Positions 29,201 through 37,794 of a stretch of DNA of 40,281 bases are shown here, one piece after another (position 1 is the stretch's first letter; each line of letters starts with the position of its first letter). The notes under the pieces are model-generated. The model made no database searches. It saw nothing but the letters and a program-made list of their open reading frames with translations, and was not told where the DNA came from. A program made the position numbers and the translations under genes. This DNA comes from a virus (lineage: Duplodnaviria; Caudoviricetes), in the IMG/VR virus record IMGVR_UViG_3300005512_000097, positions 1 through 40,281 of that record; one strand, 5' to 3'.

Positions 29201-29285
29201 CACGTTCTTCGCTTACACCTCTTAGTTCCGGATTGTATTGTGGATCTCCACCTTTTGATCCCTGTCTTGTTGTGTCTATTGCCAT
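26238..29285 (-). CDS. Baseplate central spike, gp5/VgrG-like, with long C-terminal extension
   Basis: OB-fold-type N-terminus ('GIVKANV...GVIQVYIPE...PPPDLGTTVLCFF'), 'GHSIALDDG...IRLRTSTGHQILLND' followed by beta-helix-like repeats. Located between hub and gp25. Confidence 0.8.
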   Translation of the reverse strand: MAIDTTRQGSKGGDPQYNPELRGVSEERGIVVGIVKANVHGSHMGVIQVYIPEMSIDETDKSQWRTVRYCTPFYSRVESTLGANNKNRYIDTKMPSGIVTPPPDLGTTVLCFFPHGKNNEGYYFACVPDTYMLQTVPEPTVVEDFENGPYIGGELNDKKNNPNDIVNWKTQLRPEDFITQKIVKEQGLLNDRVRGLNNSSYMRESPSEIIGISSKGRRITESGKDFLKENAAALKNPNTTDEKIRAGLLGPTARRKGHSIALDDGDIEGNSNQIRLRTSTGHQILLNDSEGIIYVGNSTGSVWIELGNQGTMDVFANDSINFRSKNLNFHADENIKFHSKGYTQLVSEQQMHLQSGDDFVVSSEGDTGITTKKFSVTASGQMNLSGGATASIKASGIMAVSGALVMLQGPSLGSQSAKPVRPQQKLDAKYDAAQGKYVLSRDSVTTTTVDRLATHEPFVSHGEKNTSTSYTGGLAGGGGLGAAFSIISTGFQIASALPPGTFSTLGTGVSGVTSNLSNITNSSSYVGLAGIDGVATATIPKFDFSNIVSTGSGFDFGSLGDTFTSITDTIGTKIQTFTDAVGDTIGKYGNSITGTDITSQDFPGLDAFGGFGPSISNIKGNFSNISSTVDSIGSSIAGQGAIGSSWASTIGDLSNSSLGKLVTDGTGKIVDIAKEVVDQYQADLPQIQKGLQKLSTVAGLAGADISGLDKLNGFLLEPKIAGFEITDVVKQLDTGFSIGDLDSTDMQGLAAAVVKVAGSNNSNSFINSTTKAMGKYGFTVDQLISAGYVRPEAKFNDQLLQSSVWTGKDNINSHTKFLQNAGIQEQTYQQVIASTYQTLVNNGAITPNDKSKEIMAMLTGSSISNADIVKQVRFGNANIDGPVRNTTGIPQNGDVLSFVKDAMQKGAAASDLVTNLKNKNNNTDIQDLSTLKVFQGTLKKGETLRNINGVSYIVPAPASDPYSGPNGGKKRDLDQRIAKLEKDRSQLVKDGNDDKNIIQQIGDTLSDLYAQRNNL

Positions 29286-29294
29286 TGAATATCT

Positions 29295-31880
29295 CTATGT
29301 AAGTACGTCATAATCGTTAAATTCTGGATTAACTACATTTGCAGCTATCCCTTTATTAATTTTACTATCTTTTGCTTGATTTTTCAAATAATTTAATGCA
29401 TCTTTACTAAATTCATCTATGACTGCATTTCTTTCTTTACCAGCAGTTTCTGTTTTATCTCGGCCTTGGCCTCCTGCTATTGATTGCATAGGTGCTCTGA
29501 ATCCTGTTAATCTTTGTTGAAACGTTCCGCCTGAAAATGTACTATCTACCTGTGTAATACGATAAACCCCACTAAAACTACTGTTACTTACTTGGTTAGG
29601 ATTTTGTAGTCCTGTTTTGTTATCGTAATCTAAAGGAGTTTTTAAGTTGACCTGAACAAAAGGAGGCGAAAGATTATAATTTATAGTACCATCAGGCATA
29701 AAAGCCTGTGTATATGTTTCACCTTTTCTTACTTTGTCTTGCCAATACGCATCACTTGTTGGAATCCATGCAGGATCTCCTACAATCTGCATATCTAGGT
29801 TTACCAAATCAACACCATCACTCATTACACTGCTAAACAAATCTTTTGCACGTTTTCTAGTTAAATTATCTGCAACATTTATTGTATTTCCTTCTACACT
29901 ATCTACAACTTCTTTTTGTAATGGTGTAAAAGGAGATGTTGCATTTTTATTTGCAAATGGACTTCCAGTTCCAGCAGTCATTACTTGTAAGAATGCAGTA
30001 TTAAACTTTAATTGAAAATCTAACACTTGTGTATTTTGTCCACTAAAAATATAATCGTATTTTTTATGATATCCTTTACCTAATGGAACACTTTTCTTTG
30101 CCCAAGGAAAATCATGATAATGTATTACATTTTTTTCTACTGCAAACATTATTTCATATTTGTATCTTCCTTCTTTAGCATCATATCCACCACCTTCACT
30201 ATTTGCACTTTTAATAACAGGTCTGATTCTGAACCAATTTATAGGGTCTCCAGATTTTGCATATTGGTCTGGATTTTCTTCTATATTTTTATCCATATAA
30301 TCACTATGCATTATAACAAGATTTATTAACCTAGAAATATCAGTTCCTGCATTTATTTTAAAAATACCTGTATCTTTATCAAACTTTATTCCTTTAGTTA
30401 ACCCCTGGACATATGTTTCAAACTGACTTTTGTCATCGTTATTTGTCTTTGCTTTTTTCTCACCATCTGTAGGTACAGGAGTGTTAAGCACATCATATAA
30501 ATCACCTAAATTTAACTTAGCATTTGCAATTTCGTCCGCTATTAAAAAGTTATATACATCATATCTTTCTGCAGGAGGCTGTACAACACGTGGTTTTCCA
30601 TCACTTTGAATTATTGTTTTAGGTTGCCCTGAAAGCGGTGGAGTACCTGTACGTGCTTTTTGACTATCTGTTAAAATTTCACCAAGATTTTTTACTTTTG
30701 TTCTTTTTATTTTACTAGCATTGACATTTCCTGGTCCGTCTATGCCTTGATTTGCATCACTAATTTTTGTAGATTCCTCTACAATTTTAGTTACTTCACT
30801 GGAAAATATATCACCAACTGTCTTTGCTTGTAGTTCTATATTATGTGGTATGGTGCTTACTATAGATTTAAGAGCTTGGTTTGAAAAAGGGACTGCAGTC
30901 ACACGATATTGTGTACCACTAGAAGTAACTTCAAATGTTATGTCTGTTATTCTAATAGGAATGTACTTAGGTTTACTAAATGTAGGCACAATTTTGCCTC
31001 TTTCATCATATCCTTTAAATTGTATTTCTAAAAGATAAGGAGCGTGTATGTATTTTTCTTTTGTAGTAACCAAAACAGTGCTTGCTAAACTTTGAAGTTT
31101 TTCTAATAAAGTAACACCACGTGGTTCTGTAATTGTAAATCTTATATCTGTAGCATTTGTATTATGTCTAAATCTGTTAGGACCAACTGCAATATTACTA
31201 ATTTCTAGATCATCTATAAAAAAGTCATTAGAAAAATTATTATTAGTATTATCTAAACCAACTCCTCCACTACGCATCAATAATTGACTGTTTGGAAATC
31301 TCAGTGCTTCCTGAGGACTATCGGGCGACTTTGTTATATCAACATAACTTCTGCTGTTCATCATATAAAGTGCAATATTATAGGAAACACTGGAAAACTG
31401 ATTAAGTTCGTTAGCTCTTGGTTCAATAGGAACAGGTGCTAGGTTCTCTGTAAAAGGTTTAGTAATGGTTTTAGTATTATTACTTGTTGCATCTTGACTT
31501 CCTGTAACTTTTATTGGTTTTTTACTGGAGTTTAATCCTGGAATAGATCCCGTTTCTGTATCTCTTGACCCTATAAGTCCATCGAAATCATTGTTAGTAA
31601 ATCCACCATAGTCAATATCTTCAGGTATACCTTGTTTTGGATTTGGTCCAGAAAAATCTGAATAATCTTGGTTGTTAGGATATATGGGTATTCTAATGGT
31701 TCCATCTGCATCTACTGCATACCCATCTTTTCCATAGTCAACTTTTCTATCTATAGCATCATTAGCATAAGCAATAGTAGTGCTTGCAGGAATTTTTATT
31801 CTGTCAACTGGTTCTTGAAATAAACTTAAATCCTGTGGTGCTGGATTTTGCAAATTTTTTCTATCTGGAGGTACTGCCAT
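29295..31880 (-). CDS. Baseplate hub protein (gp27/GPD-like)
   Basis: C-terminal 'LDMQIVGDP' and 'FSGVYRITQVDSTFSGGTFQQRL' are hub-type motifs. Lies between the gp53-like and gp5-like genes. Confidence 0.65.
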   Translation of the reverse strand: MAVPPDRKNLQNPAPQDLSLFQEPVDRIKIPASTTIAYANDAIDRKVDYGKDGYAVDADGTIRIPIYPNNQDYSDFSGPNPKQGIPEDIDYGGFTNNDFDGLIGSRDTETGSIPGLNSSKKPIKVTGSQDATSNNTKTITKPFTENLAPVPIEPRANELNQFSSVSYNIALYMMNSRSYVDITKSPDSPQEALRFPNSQLLMRSGGVGLDNTNNNFSNDFFIDDLEISNIAVGPNRFRHNTNATDIRFTITEPRGVTLLEKLQSLASTVLVTTKEKYIHAPYLLEIQFKGYDERGKIVPTFSKPKYIPIRITDITFEVTSSGTQYRVTAVPFSNQALKSIVSTIPHNIELQAKTVGDIFSSEVTKIVEESTKISDANQGIDGPGNVNASKIKRTKVKNLGEILTDSQKARTGTPPLSGQPKTIIQSDGKPRVVQPPAERYDVYNFLIADEIANAKLNLGDLYDVLNTPVPTDGEKKAKTNNDDKSQFETYVQGLTKGIKFDKDTGIFKINAGTDISRLINLVIMHSDYMDKNIEENPDQYAKSGDPINWFRIRPVIKSANSEGGGYDAKEGRYKYEIMFAVEKNVIHYHDFPWAKKSVPLGKGYHKKYDYIFSGQNTQVLDFQLKFNTAFLQVMTAGTGSPFANKNATSPFTPLQKEVVDSVEGNTINVADNLTRKRAKDLFSSVMSDGVDLVNLDMQIVGDPAWIPTSDAYWQDKVRKGETYTQAFMPDGTINYNLSPPFVQVNLKTPLDYDNKTGLQNPNQVSNSSFSGVYRITQVDSTFSGGTFQQRLTGFRAPMQSIAGGQGRDKTETAGKERNAVIDEFSKDALNYLKNQAKDSKINKGIAANVVNPEFNDYDVLT

Positions 31881-31881
31881 A

Positions 31882-32184
31882 TTAAATTCCTAACGCAGTA
31901 TCAATAGTTTCTTTCTTGGGTAGATAAAATTTAACACCTGTTCTAAAGTCCCATATTGGATCTTCAAACGCATTTGGATTTCTTGCTTGAAATACCCACC
32001 ACAGTTTATCATTTTCATATAAATCATATGCTAAAAGGTCTGGTCTGTATTGATGAACTTGTGTTAATGTGTGTAGTACATCATCTTTATATGGTAAAAT
32101 TATCCTTGGTGTTAAAACATCTAAATAATAACTATAAAAACTTGTATCAGCATAAGGACTATCACTATTATACTGGACTGCCAT
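31882..32184 (-). CDS. Baseplate wedge subunit, gp53 / LysM-like
   Basis: 'YRPDLLAYDLYENDKLWWVFQARNP...DPIWDF..GVKFYLP'. Confidence 0.8.
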   Translation of the reverse strand: MAVQYNSDSPYADTSFYSYYLDVLTPRIILPYKDDVLHTLTQVHQYRPDLLAYDLYENDKLWWVFQARNPNAFEDPIWDFRTGVKFYLPKKETIDTALGI

Positions 32185-33023
32185 TATAAAAATCCTCCAC
32201 TTCCACCAGGTCTACCTATTAAATCACCACGTGCAAAACTTTCTAAACTAAAATTAGATATTTGATCTTTAGTATATATTGGACTCAATGTCATTGTCAT
32301 ATTCATAAAAGTTGGTATCATAGTTTTTGTTGCGGCATCAGGTGAAGCGGCAAGTGGTACTTCTATATAATCTCTATCAGCTGACATTATCTCAGTAAAA
32401 TTTGTTAAAACAACAGGTACACTATTATAATTAAAAGGACCATATCCACTTAGTCTAAGTACAGGCGGTGGAGTACCTCTATTAGCGTCTGCACCAAAAA
32501 ACATTTTATAAGCACTACGTAAAAAGTGCAGAACTGCAAATACATATCTTGCTTCATCTGCATTATTTGCAGTAAAATATCCATCTATACTAATAGCATC
32601 AACACTACTTGCATTATAACTATGCTGGACATAATTACTGTGTGCAGGGTGCATGCCTGTGTATTGTGCAGTATGACTTACACTAATAGTTGGAGTATAT
32701 GGAAATAATATTCCGTCTGTGTCTATCAATGGCTCTAACAACCTATTATTAAAACTTTTATATAAAATCTGTCCACTATTAGGACTAAGTGATAATCTTA
32801 CTCGTGTATCATTTTCTCTAAATGTTGTAGTAATTATATCGTCTAAGAATGGGATACCTTTAGCAAACTCCAACCCTGCTGAAACTAATCTGTTTGCACT
32901 AGAATCAAGAACATTACGGCCAATTTTACTAAGGGGATCATTTCCAGGCAATAGTTTGCCTGCAGCGTCTTTTACATATTGGTCTGCTTTACGGGTAAAT
33001 TTGTTTCCTAAATCGAATGCCAC
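32184..33023 (-). CDS. Tail-tube initiator / baseplate-tube junction protein (gp48/gp54-like)
   Basis: 'FPYTPTISVSHTAQY', 'GTPPPVLRLSGYG..NSVPVVLTNF'. GTG start with SD AAGGAT; first gene of the baseplate operon. Confidence 0.6.
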   Translation of the reverse strand: MAFDLGNKFTRKADQYVKDAAGKLLPGNDPLSKIGRNVLDSSANRLVSAGLEFAKGIPFLDDIITTTFRENDTRVRLSLSPNSGQILYKSFNNRLLEPLIDTDGILFPYTPTISVSHTAQYTGMHPAHSNYVQHSYNASSVDAISIDGYFTANNADEARYVFAVLHFLRSAYKMFFGADANRGTPPPVLRLSGYGPFNYNSVPVVLTNFTEIMSADRDYIEVPLAASPDAATKTMIPTFMNMTMTLSPIYTKDQISNFSLESFARGDLIGRPGGSGGFL

Positions 33024-33045
33024 TTAAAAAATCCTTATTTTTATA

Positions 33046-33075
33046 TTGCATAAGTATATTTATAGGCTGTATAAT
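33046..33075 (+). promoter_or_regulatory. Candidate sigma70 promoter for the gp55-like gene
   Basis: TTGCAT (33046-33051), 18 nt, TATAAT (33070-33075), then SD AAGGA before ATG 33102. Confidence 0.55.
33057..33064 (-). promoter_or_regulatory. T4 late promoter, perfect TATAAATA
   Basis: Plus strand tatttata at 33057-33064, 33 nt upstream of the baseplate operon start. Confidence 0.8.
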
Positions 33076-33101
33076 ATACGTATATAAAAGGAATCCCATA
33101 T

Positions 33102-33917
33102 ATGATAAAACGTAAAAATTACCTTAACAATCGTGACTTGTTAAAGGAAATACACAAAAGTAAAAATACATATAGCAGTTTTGTTGCCGAAGGTGATGAT
33201 GTTTATGACATTATTTTACCAAACATTGAAAAAATAAACATAAGAACAGTTGCTCAAGCAAAAAGAAATCAAGCAGATCGTATACAAAAACAAAATTACG
33301 AAGCGGCTAGAGCAGAAGGACTTAAGGTAAAGCAAGCAGAATTTGCAGTTGACTGGAAAAAAATAGATAAAAAAAATGTAGTATTTAGAATTATGACACA
33401 TGACCACATTCCACTACACCCGGGACGTAAAAAAAATCCAAAAACTGTTGCAGATCATCATATACAGTGTAACTTTCCTCCTTTCCAACACTATAGAATA
33501 GATGATAATGATAATCCAGTATTAGTAGGAAAAAGTCATTGGGAAGGTGGACTAGAAAACGGTCAATTTAGTAAAACACATGGGAAAACCACAAGTAAAC
33601 TTGCTAGAATGTATATGAAACTATGTGAAAGATATGGAACACGTTCAAACTGGCGTGGCTATACTTACAACGACGAAATGCGTAGTCAAGCATTACTACA
33701 ACTAACACAAATTGGACTACAATTCGACGAAAGCAAAAGCGAAAATCCATTTGCGTATTACACTGCCGCCATTACAAACAGTTTTACTCGTGTTCTAAAC
33801 TTAGAAAAGAAAAACCAAGCAATTAGAGATGATATACTAGAAAGTGCTGGCCTAAATCCAAGTTATACTAGACAAAACGAAAATGAAAACGCAAAAAGTG
33901 CAGAACCTATCACTTGA
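33102..33917 (+). CDS. gp55: Late-transcription sigma factor, T4 gp55-like
   Basis: 'NYLNNRDLLKEI', 'NWRGYTYNDEMRSQALLQL...FDESKSENPFAYYTAAITNSFTRVLNLEKK'. Canonical position before gp47/gp46. Confidence 0.85.
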   Translation: MIKRKNYLNNRDLLKEIHKSKNTYSSFVAEGDDVYDIILPNIEKINIRTVAQAKRNQADRIQKQNYEAARAEGLKVKQAEFAVDWKKIDKKNVVFRIMTHDHIPLHPGRKKNPKTVADHHIQCNFPPFQHYRIDDNDNPVLVGKSHWEGGLENGQFSKTHGKTTSKLARMYMKLCERYGTRSNWRGYTYNDEMRSQALLQLTQIGLQFDESKSENPFAYYTAAITNSFTRVLNLEKKNQAIRDDILESAGLNPSYTRQNENENAKSAEPIT

Positions 33918-33941
33918 CAATAATCTATAAGATGCTATAAT
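33914..33941 (+). promoter_or_regulatory. Consensus sigma70 promoter with extended -10
   Basis: TTGACA (33914-33919), 16-nt spacer ending in TGC, TATAAT (33936-33941), 6 nt, then ATG 33948. Confidence 0.85.
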
Positions 33942-33947
33942 ACATAC

Positions 33948-34958
33948 ATGAGTTTATTCAAACGGGCCGCCGTCTTTACGGACATTCACTTTGGAAATAA
34001 AAGCAACAGTCAAACATTCAATAAAGATTGTCTTGACTTTGTTACTTGGTTCTGTGCTGAAGCAAAAGCACAAGGTGCAGATACCTGCATCTTTATGGGT
34101 GATTGGCATCATCAACGTGCAAGTATCAATGTTGCAACATTAAATTACAGTTTACAAGCACTAGAATTACTAAACACAAATTTTAATGTTGTACATTTTA
34201 TACCAGGCAACCATGATGAATACTACCGAGACAAGCGTGACTATAATAGTATTGCATTTATTAAAAAGTTTGAAAATATTCAGTTCTATAATGACATCAC
34301 TACTGTTGATGGCGTTGCATTTATACCTTGGTTAGTAGGAGATGAGCATAAACAGATGCAAAAGATAAAGGCTGATTATGTAATTGGACATTTTGAACTT
34401 CCTCACTTTTATATGAACGCAATGGTACAAATGCCAGATCATGGTGAGCTAAATCATACAGATTTTGGACGTTGTGGTACAGTTTTTACAGGACACTTTC
34501 ATAAAAGACAGGAACGAGATAACGTAACTTATACAGGAAACGCTTTTCCACACAATTATAGTGATGCATGGGACGATGATAGAGGTATGATGTTACTGAA
34601 TTGGGACGGCACAAAACAGTTTATTGCATGGCCCGATCAACCAAAGTATCGTACACTTAAAATAAGCCAGTTATTAGATGGCCCAGAAAAGTATCTTGGT
34701 CCAAAGACTTATGCCCGTGTTAACTTGGATGTGGATATCAGTTACGAAGAAGCAAACTTTATCAAAGAAACTTTTATGGACGAGTATCAACTGCGTGAAA
34801 TGAGTTTGATTCCTGTAAAAGTTGAAGAGATGGACATGCAAATCTCAGGCGAGATTAACTTTGAAAGCGTAGACACTATCGTTACTAGTCAACTGCAACA
34901 AATCGAAAGCGATCAATATGATCGTAACTTAATGTTAGATATTTACAGAAATTTATGA
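33948..34958 (+). CDS. gp47: Recombination endonuclease subunit (Mre11/SbcD, T4 gp47-like)
   Basis: Metallophosphoesterase motifs 'TDIHFG', 'MGDWHH', 'PGNHD', 'GHFE', 'TGHFHKR'. Confidence 0.92.
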   Translation: MSLFKRAAVFTDIHFGNKSNSQTFNKDCLDFVTWFCAEAKAQGADTCIFMGDWHHQRASINVATLNYSLQALELLNTNFNVVHFIPGNHDEYYRDKRDYNSIAFIKKFENIQFYNDITTVDGVAFIPWLVGDEHKQMQKIKADYVIGHFELPHFYMNAMVQMPDHGELNHTDFGRCGTVFTGHFHKRQERDNVTYTGNAFPHNYSDAWDDDRGMMLLNWDGTKQFIAWPDQPKYRTLKISQLLDGPEKYLGPKTYARVNLDVDISYEEANFIKETFMDEYQLREMSLIPVKVEEMDMQISGEINFESVDTIVTSQLQQIESDQYDRNLMLDIYRNL

Positions 34959-35509
34959 GCAAGCTCCTTACTAAAAAATATTATGACAAGCTATCCAGTG
35001 TTTACAACATTTTAGATACAATAGAGTTTAAGGAATTTGACTATAATTTTGATGTGTTAAAGGATAGGCTCATTCAAATTAAACGTGAACAATATAATGT
35101 AAATGATAGGATAATAATAGAGCACTTTGATACAGATTATTATGATAAGAAAATACTTAACTTTGGTTTAAACTTATATAATACAATGACAATAATAAAA
35201 GAACTAGATATTCCTTATTTTATATTTACGTTTATCACGAACTACTTCGGGTTGCAACAAGAAATAGATCTAATACTAAAAGATCATTCACGAGAAGACA
35301 GACCTACAATTATAGAAACTTTTATTACAACTTCGCATTACAATTCCGATTTGGTAGAAGATTTGCCTATTAATGCACAAGATATAAAACACGCCGGATT
35401 ATCTATGATGGGAGCAAGTAGGTCTCATAGATATAGTCTTTACAACTATCTAAACACAAACAATCTATTAGATCGTGTTGAAGTGTCTATTAGAGGATAT
35501 AAAGGATGA
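34955..35509 (+). CDS. Hypothetical protein, probable N-terminal half of a split glycosyltransferase-like protein
   Basis: 184 aa with ATGA overlaps at both ends. Ends in 'LSMMGASRSHRYSLYNYLNTNNLLDRVEVS'. Confidence 0.55.
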   Translation: MSKLLTKKYYDKLSSVYNILDTIEFKEFDYNFDVLKDRLIQIKREQYNVNDRIIIEHFDTDYYDKKILNFGLNLYNTMTIIKELDIPYFIFTFITNYFGLQQEIDLILKDHSREDRPTIIETFITTSHYNSDLVEDLPINAQDIKHAGLSMMGASRSHRYSLYNYLNTNNLLDRVEVSIRGYKG

Positions 35510-36021
35510 CTATATTTTATACAGACCCAATCACAAGAGTAAATGACAAATTATATCTTAAAAACGGCGACTCTAATCCTATCCATCATGACGTTATAAA
35601 TGATGCTATACCGGGAAAACCAAATGACAATAGTAGATATCAAGCAGATTTCTACAAATACTTTGGATTAGACATCGTAACTGAATCAGTGTTTGATTAT
35701 CCTTACCCATTTATATCAGAAAAAACTATGAGACCAATTACGAGCAAACGGCCGTTTATCATTTTGGGTGCATTGGGAACACTTACATTACTAAAGTCCA
35801 AAGGCTTTAAAACTTTTAATACAATAATTGACGAATCATACGACTCAATTGCTGATCACAGTGACAGATTTGATAGTGTTACTACTAGTATTAAAAATTT
35901 TGTAACACAACCTATAGAAAAAATTAGAGCAGACGTTGAGAGCGTTTCTGACGTACTAGAACATAACTTTAAGACATATCTAGCACTAGAAGATATTGAA
36001 TTATCGCAACTAATCCTGTAG
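35506..36021 (+). CDS. Glycosyltransferase-like C-terminal domain (GT10/GT-B-like 'xSEK' motif)
   Basis: 'DIVTESVFDYPYPFISEKTMRPITSKRPFIILG...LKSKGFKTF..IIDESYD' resembles the 'E..Y.TEK...P...G' donor-binding motif of alpha-1,3-fucosyltransferase-like enzymes. Confidence 0.5.
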   Translation: MTIFYTDPITRVNDKLYLKNGDSNPIHHDVINDAIPGKPNDNSRYQADFYKYFGLDIVTESVFDYPYPFISEKTMRPITSKRPFIILGALGTLTLLKSKGFKTFNTIIDESYDSIADHSDRFDSVTTSIKNFVTQPIEKIRADVESVSDVLEHNFKTYLALEDIELSQLIL

Positions 36022-36030
36022 AATATACAT

Positions 36031-37794
36031 ATGTTTAAAATAGATACACTTACAGTAAAAAACTTTATGAGTGTGGGCAACACCACACAAGCCATTGACT
36101 TTAACCGCAACGACCTTACGCTGGTACTGGGTGAGAACTTGGACACAGGTGGAGGTGATGCTGGCAGTAGAAATGGTACTGGCAAAACAACTATCATCAA
36201 TGCATTGAGTTATGCACTGTACGGAAATGCACTTACAAACATTCGCAAGGATAACTTGATCAACAAAACTAATGGCAAGAACATGCTGACTACAGTTGAG
36301 TTTGAAAAAGATGGTTTGGCATATCGCATTGAACGTGGACGCAAGCCTAATGTGCTAAAGTTTTATATCAATAACAGTGAACAAGAAACAGATGATAACG
36401 CACAAGGCGATAGCAGAGAAACACAAAAGGCTATTGAAGATCTGTTAGGTATGAGCCATGACATGTTTAAACATGTGCTTGCACTGAATACCTATAGTGA
36501 ACCTTTTTTGAGTATGCGACAAAATGACCAACGTGCTATTATTGAACAGTTGTTGGGTATAACTATATTATCTGAAAAAGCAGAAAATTTAAAAGAACTC
36601 GTACGTAATACTAAAAACAAAATACAACAGGAAGAGTTTCGTATAAAAGCAGTTGAAGATGCAAACAGTAAAATTACAGAACAAGTAGAAGCACTAAAAC
36701 GTAGACAATTGCTCTGGCAGAAGAAAAAAGATGAAGATATATCCAAACTAAAAACTGCAATAGATGATCTAGCACACGTTGATATTGATACAGAACTAAG
36801 AATACACACAGAACTTAACGATTGGCATACACTAAACAACACACAAGTGCAATTAACAAAAGATATATCTGCACTACAGGCACAGGTTAGTAGAGCAGAG
36901 CGTGATAGTAATCGTACTAAAAAAGCATTAGATAATATAAATGAAGGAATATGTGGAAGTTGTAAGCAGAGTGTTGCACATTTAGAAACACATAAAGAAC
37001 AAATACAAAAAGCACAAAAAGAACATGAAGACGCAAACATATTTCTTTCTGAATTACAAGAAGCAATAACAGAATTAGAAAAAGGAAAAAACCCTGTACC
37101 TGATAAGCCAAAAACATTTTATGATAATGTAAATGATGCACACAATCATCGTAGTAGTTTATCAACACTTGAATCTCAATTAAAAAATAAACAGGATGAA
37201 ATAGATCCATACACAGATCAAATTGCAGAGATGGAAACTACTGCAGTCCAGGAAATAAGTTGGGATAGTATAAACAAACTCACAAGAACACAACAACATC
37301 AAGAGTTTTTACTAAAACTACTAACAAACAAAGATAGTTTTATACGTAAAAGAATTATAGAACAAAACTTATCATACTTGAATACACGATTAGAGCAATA
37401 CCTAAATGCAATAGGCTTACCACATACAGTAATTTTCCAAAATGATTTAACAGTTGAGATTCAGGAACTAGGTAGAGATTTAGACTTTGACAATTTAAGC
37501 AGAGGTGAACGGAACAGACTTATATTAAGTTTAAGTTGGGCGTTCCGTGATGTTTGGGAAAGTTTATATCAACCCATAAACTTATTATTCATTGACGAAC
37601 TAGTAGACAGTGGTATGGATAGTTCTGGTGTAGAAAATAGTATGGGTGTACTAAAACGTATGAGCAGAGAACGTAACAAAAGTGTTTGGTTAGTATCTCA
37701 CAAGGATGAGCTTATAGGTCGTGTAAACAACGTATTAAAGGTAATAAAAGAAAATGGGTTTACTAGTTACGATACAGATATAGAAGTTACATGA
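36031..37794 (+). CDS. gp46: Recombination ATPase subunit (Rad50/SbcC, T4 gp46-like)
   Basis: 'VKNFMSVG', Walker A 'NGTGKTT', coiled coil with zinc hook 'CGSC', signature 'LSRGE', Walker B 'LLFIDE', H-loop 'VSHK'. Confidence 0.93.
   Translation: MFKIDTLTVKNFMSVGNTTQAIDFNRNDLTLVLGENLDTGGGDAGSRNGTGKTTIINALSYALYGNALTNIRKDNLINKTNGKNMLTTVEFEKDGLAYRIERGRKPNVLKFYINNSEQETDDNAQGDSRETQKAIEDLLGMSHDMFKHVLALNTYSEPFLSMRQNDQRAIIEQLLGITILSEKAENLKELVRNTKNKIQQEEFRIKAVEDANSKITEQVEALKRRQLLWQKKKDEDISKLKTAIDDLAHVDIDTELRIHTELNDWHTLNNTQVQLTKDISALQAQVSRAERDSNRTKKALDNINEGICGSCKQSVAHLETHKEQIQKAQKEHEDANIFLSELQEAITELEKGKNPVPDKPKTFYDNVNDAHNHRSSLSTLESQLKNKQDEIDPYTDQIAEMETTAVQEISWDSINKLTRTQQHQEFLLKLLTNKDSFIRKRIIEQNLSYLNTRLEQYLNAIGLPHTVIFQNDLTVEIQELGRDLDFDNLSRGERNRLILSLSWAFRDVWESLYQPINLLFIDELVDSGMDSSGVENSMGVLKRMSRERNKSVWLVSHKDELIGRVNNVLKVIKENGFTSYDTDIEVT

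Noticed and set aside
12219-33027. Short plus-strand ORFs inside the baseplate genes
   Set aside because: Antisense to coupled structural genes, with no motifs; expected by chance.
35495-35510. Programmed -1 frameshift joining the two GT-like ORFs
   Set aside because: No canonical slippery heptamer; an in-frame stop lies just upstream in the -1 frame, and the downstream ORF has its own SD.
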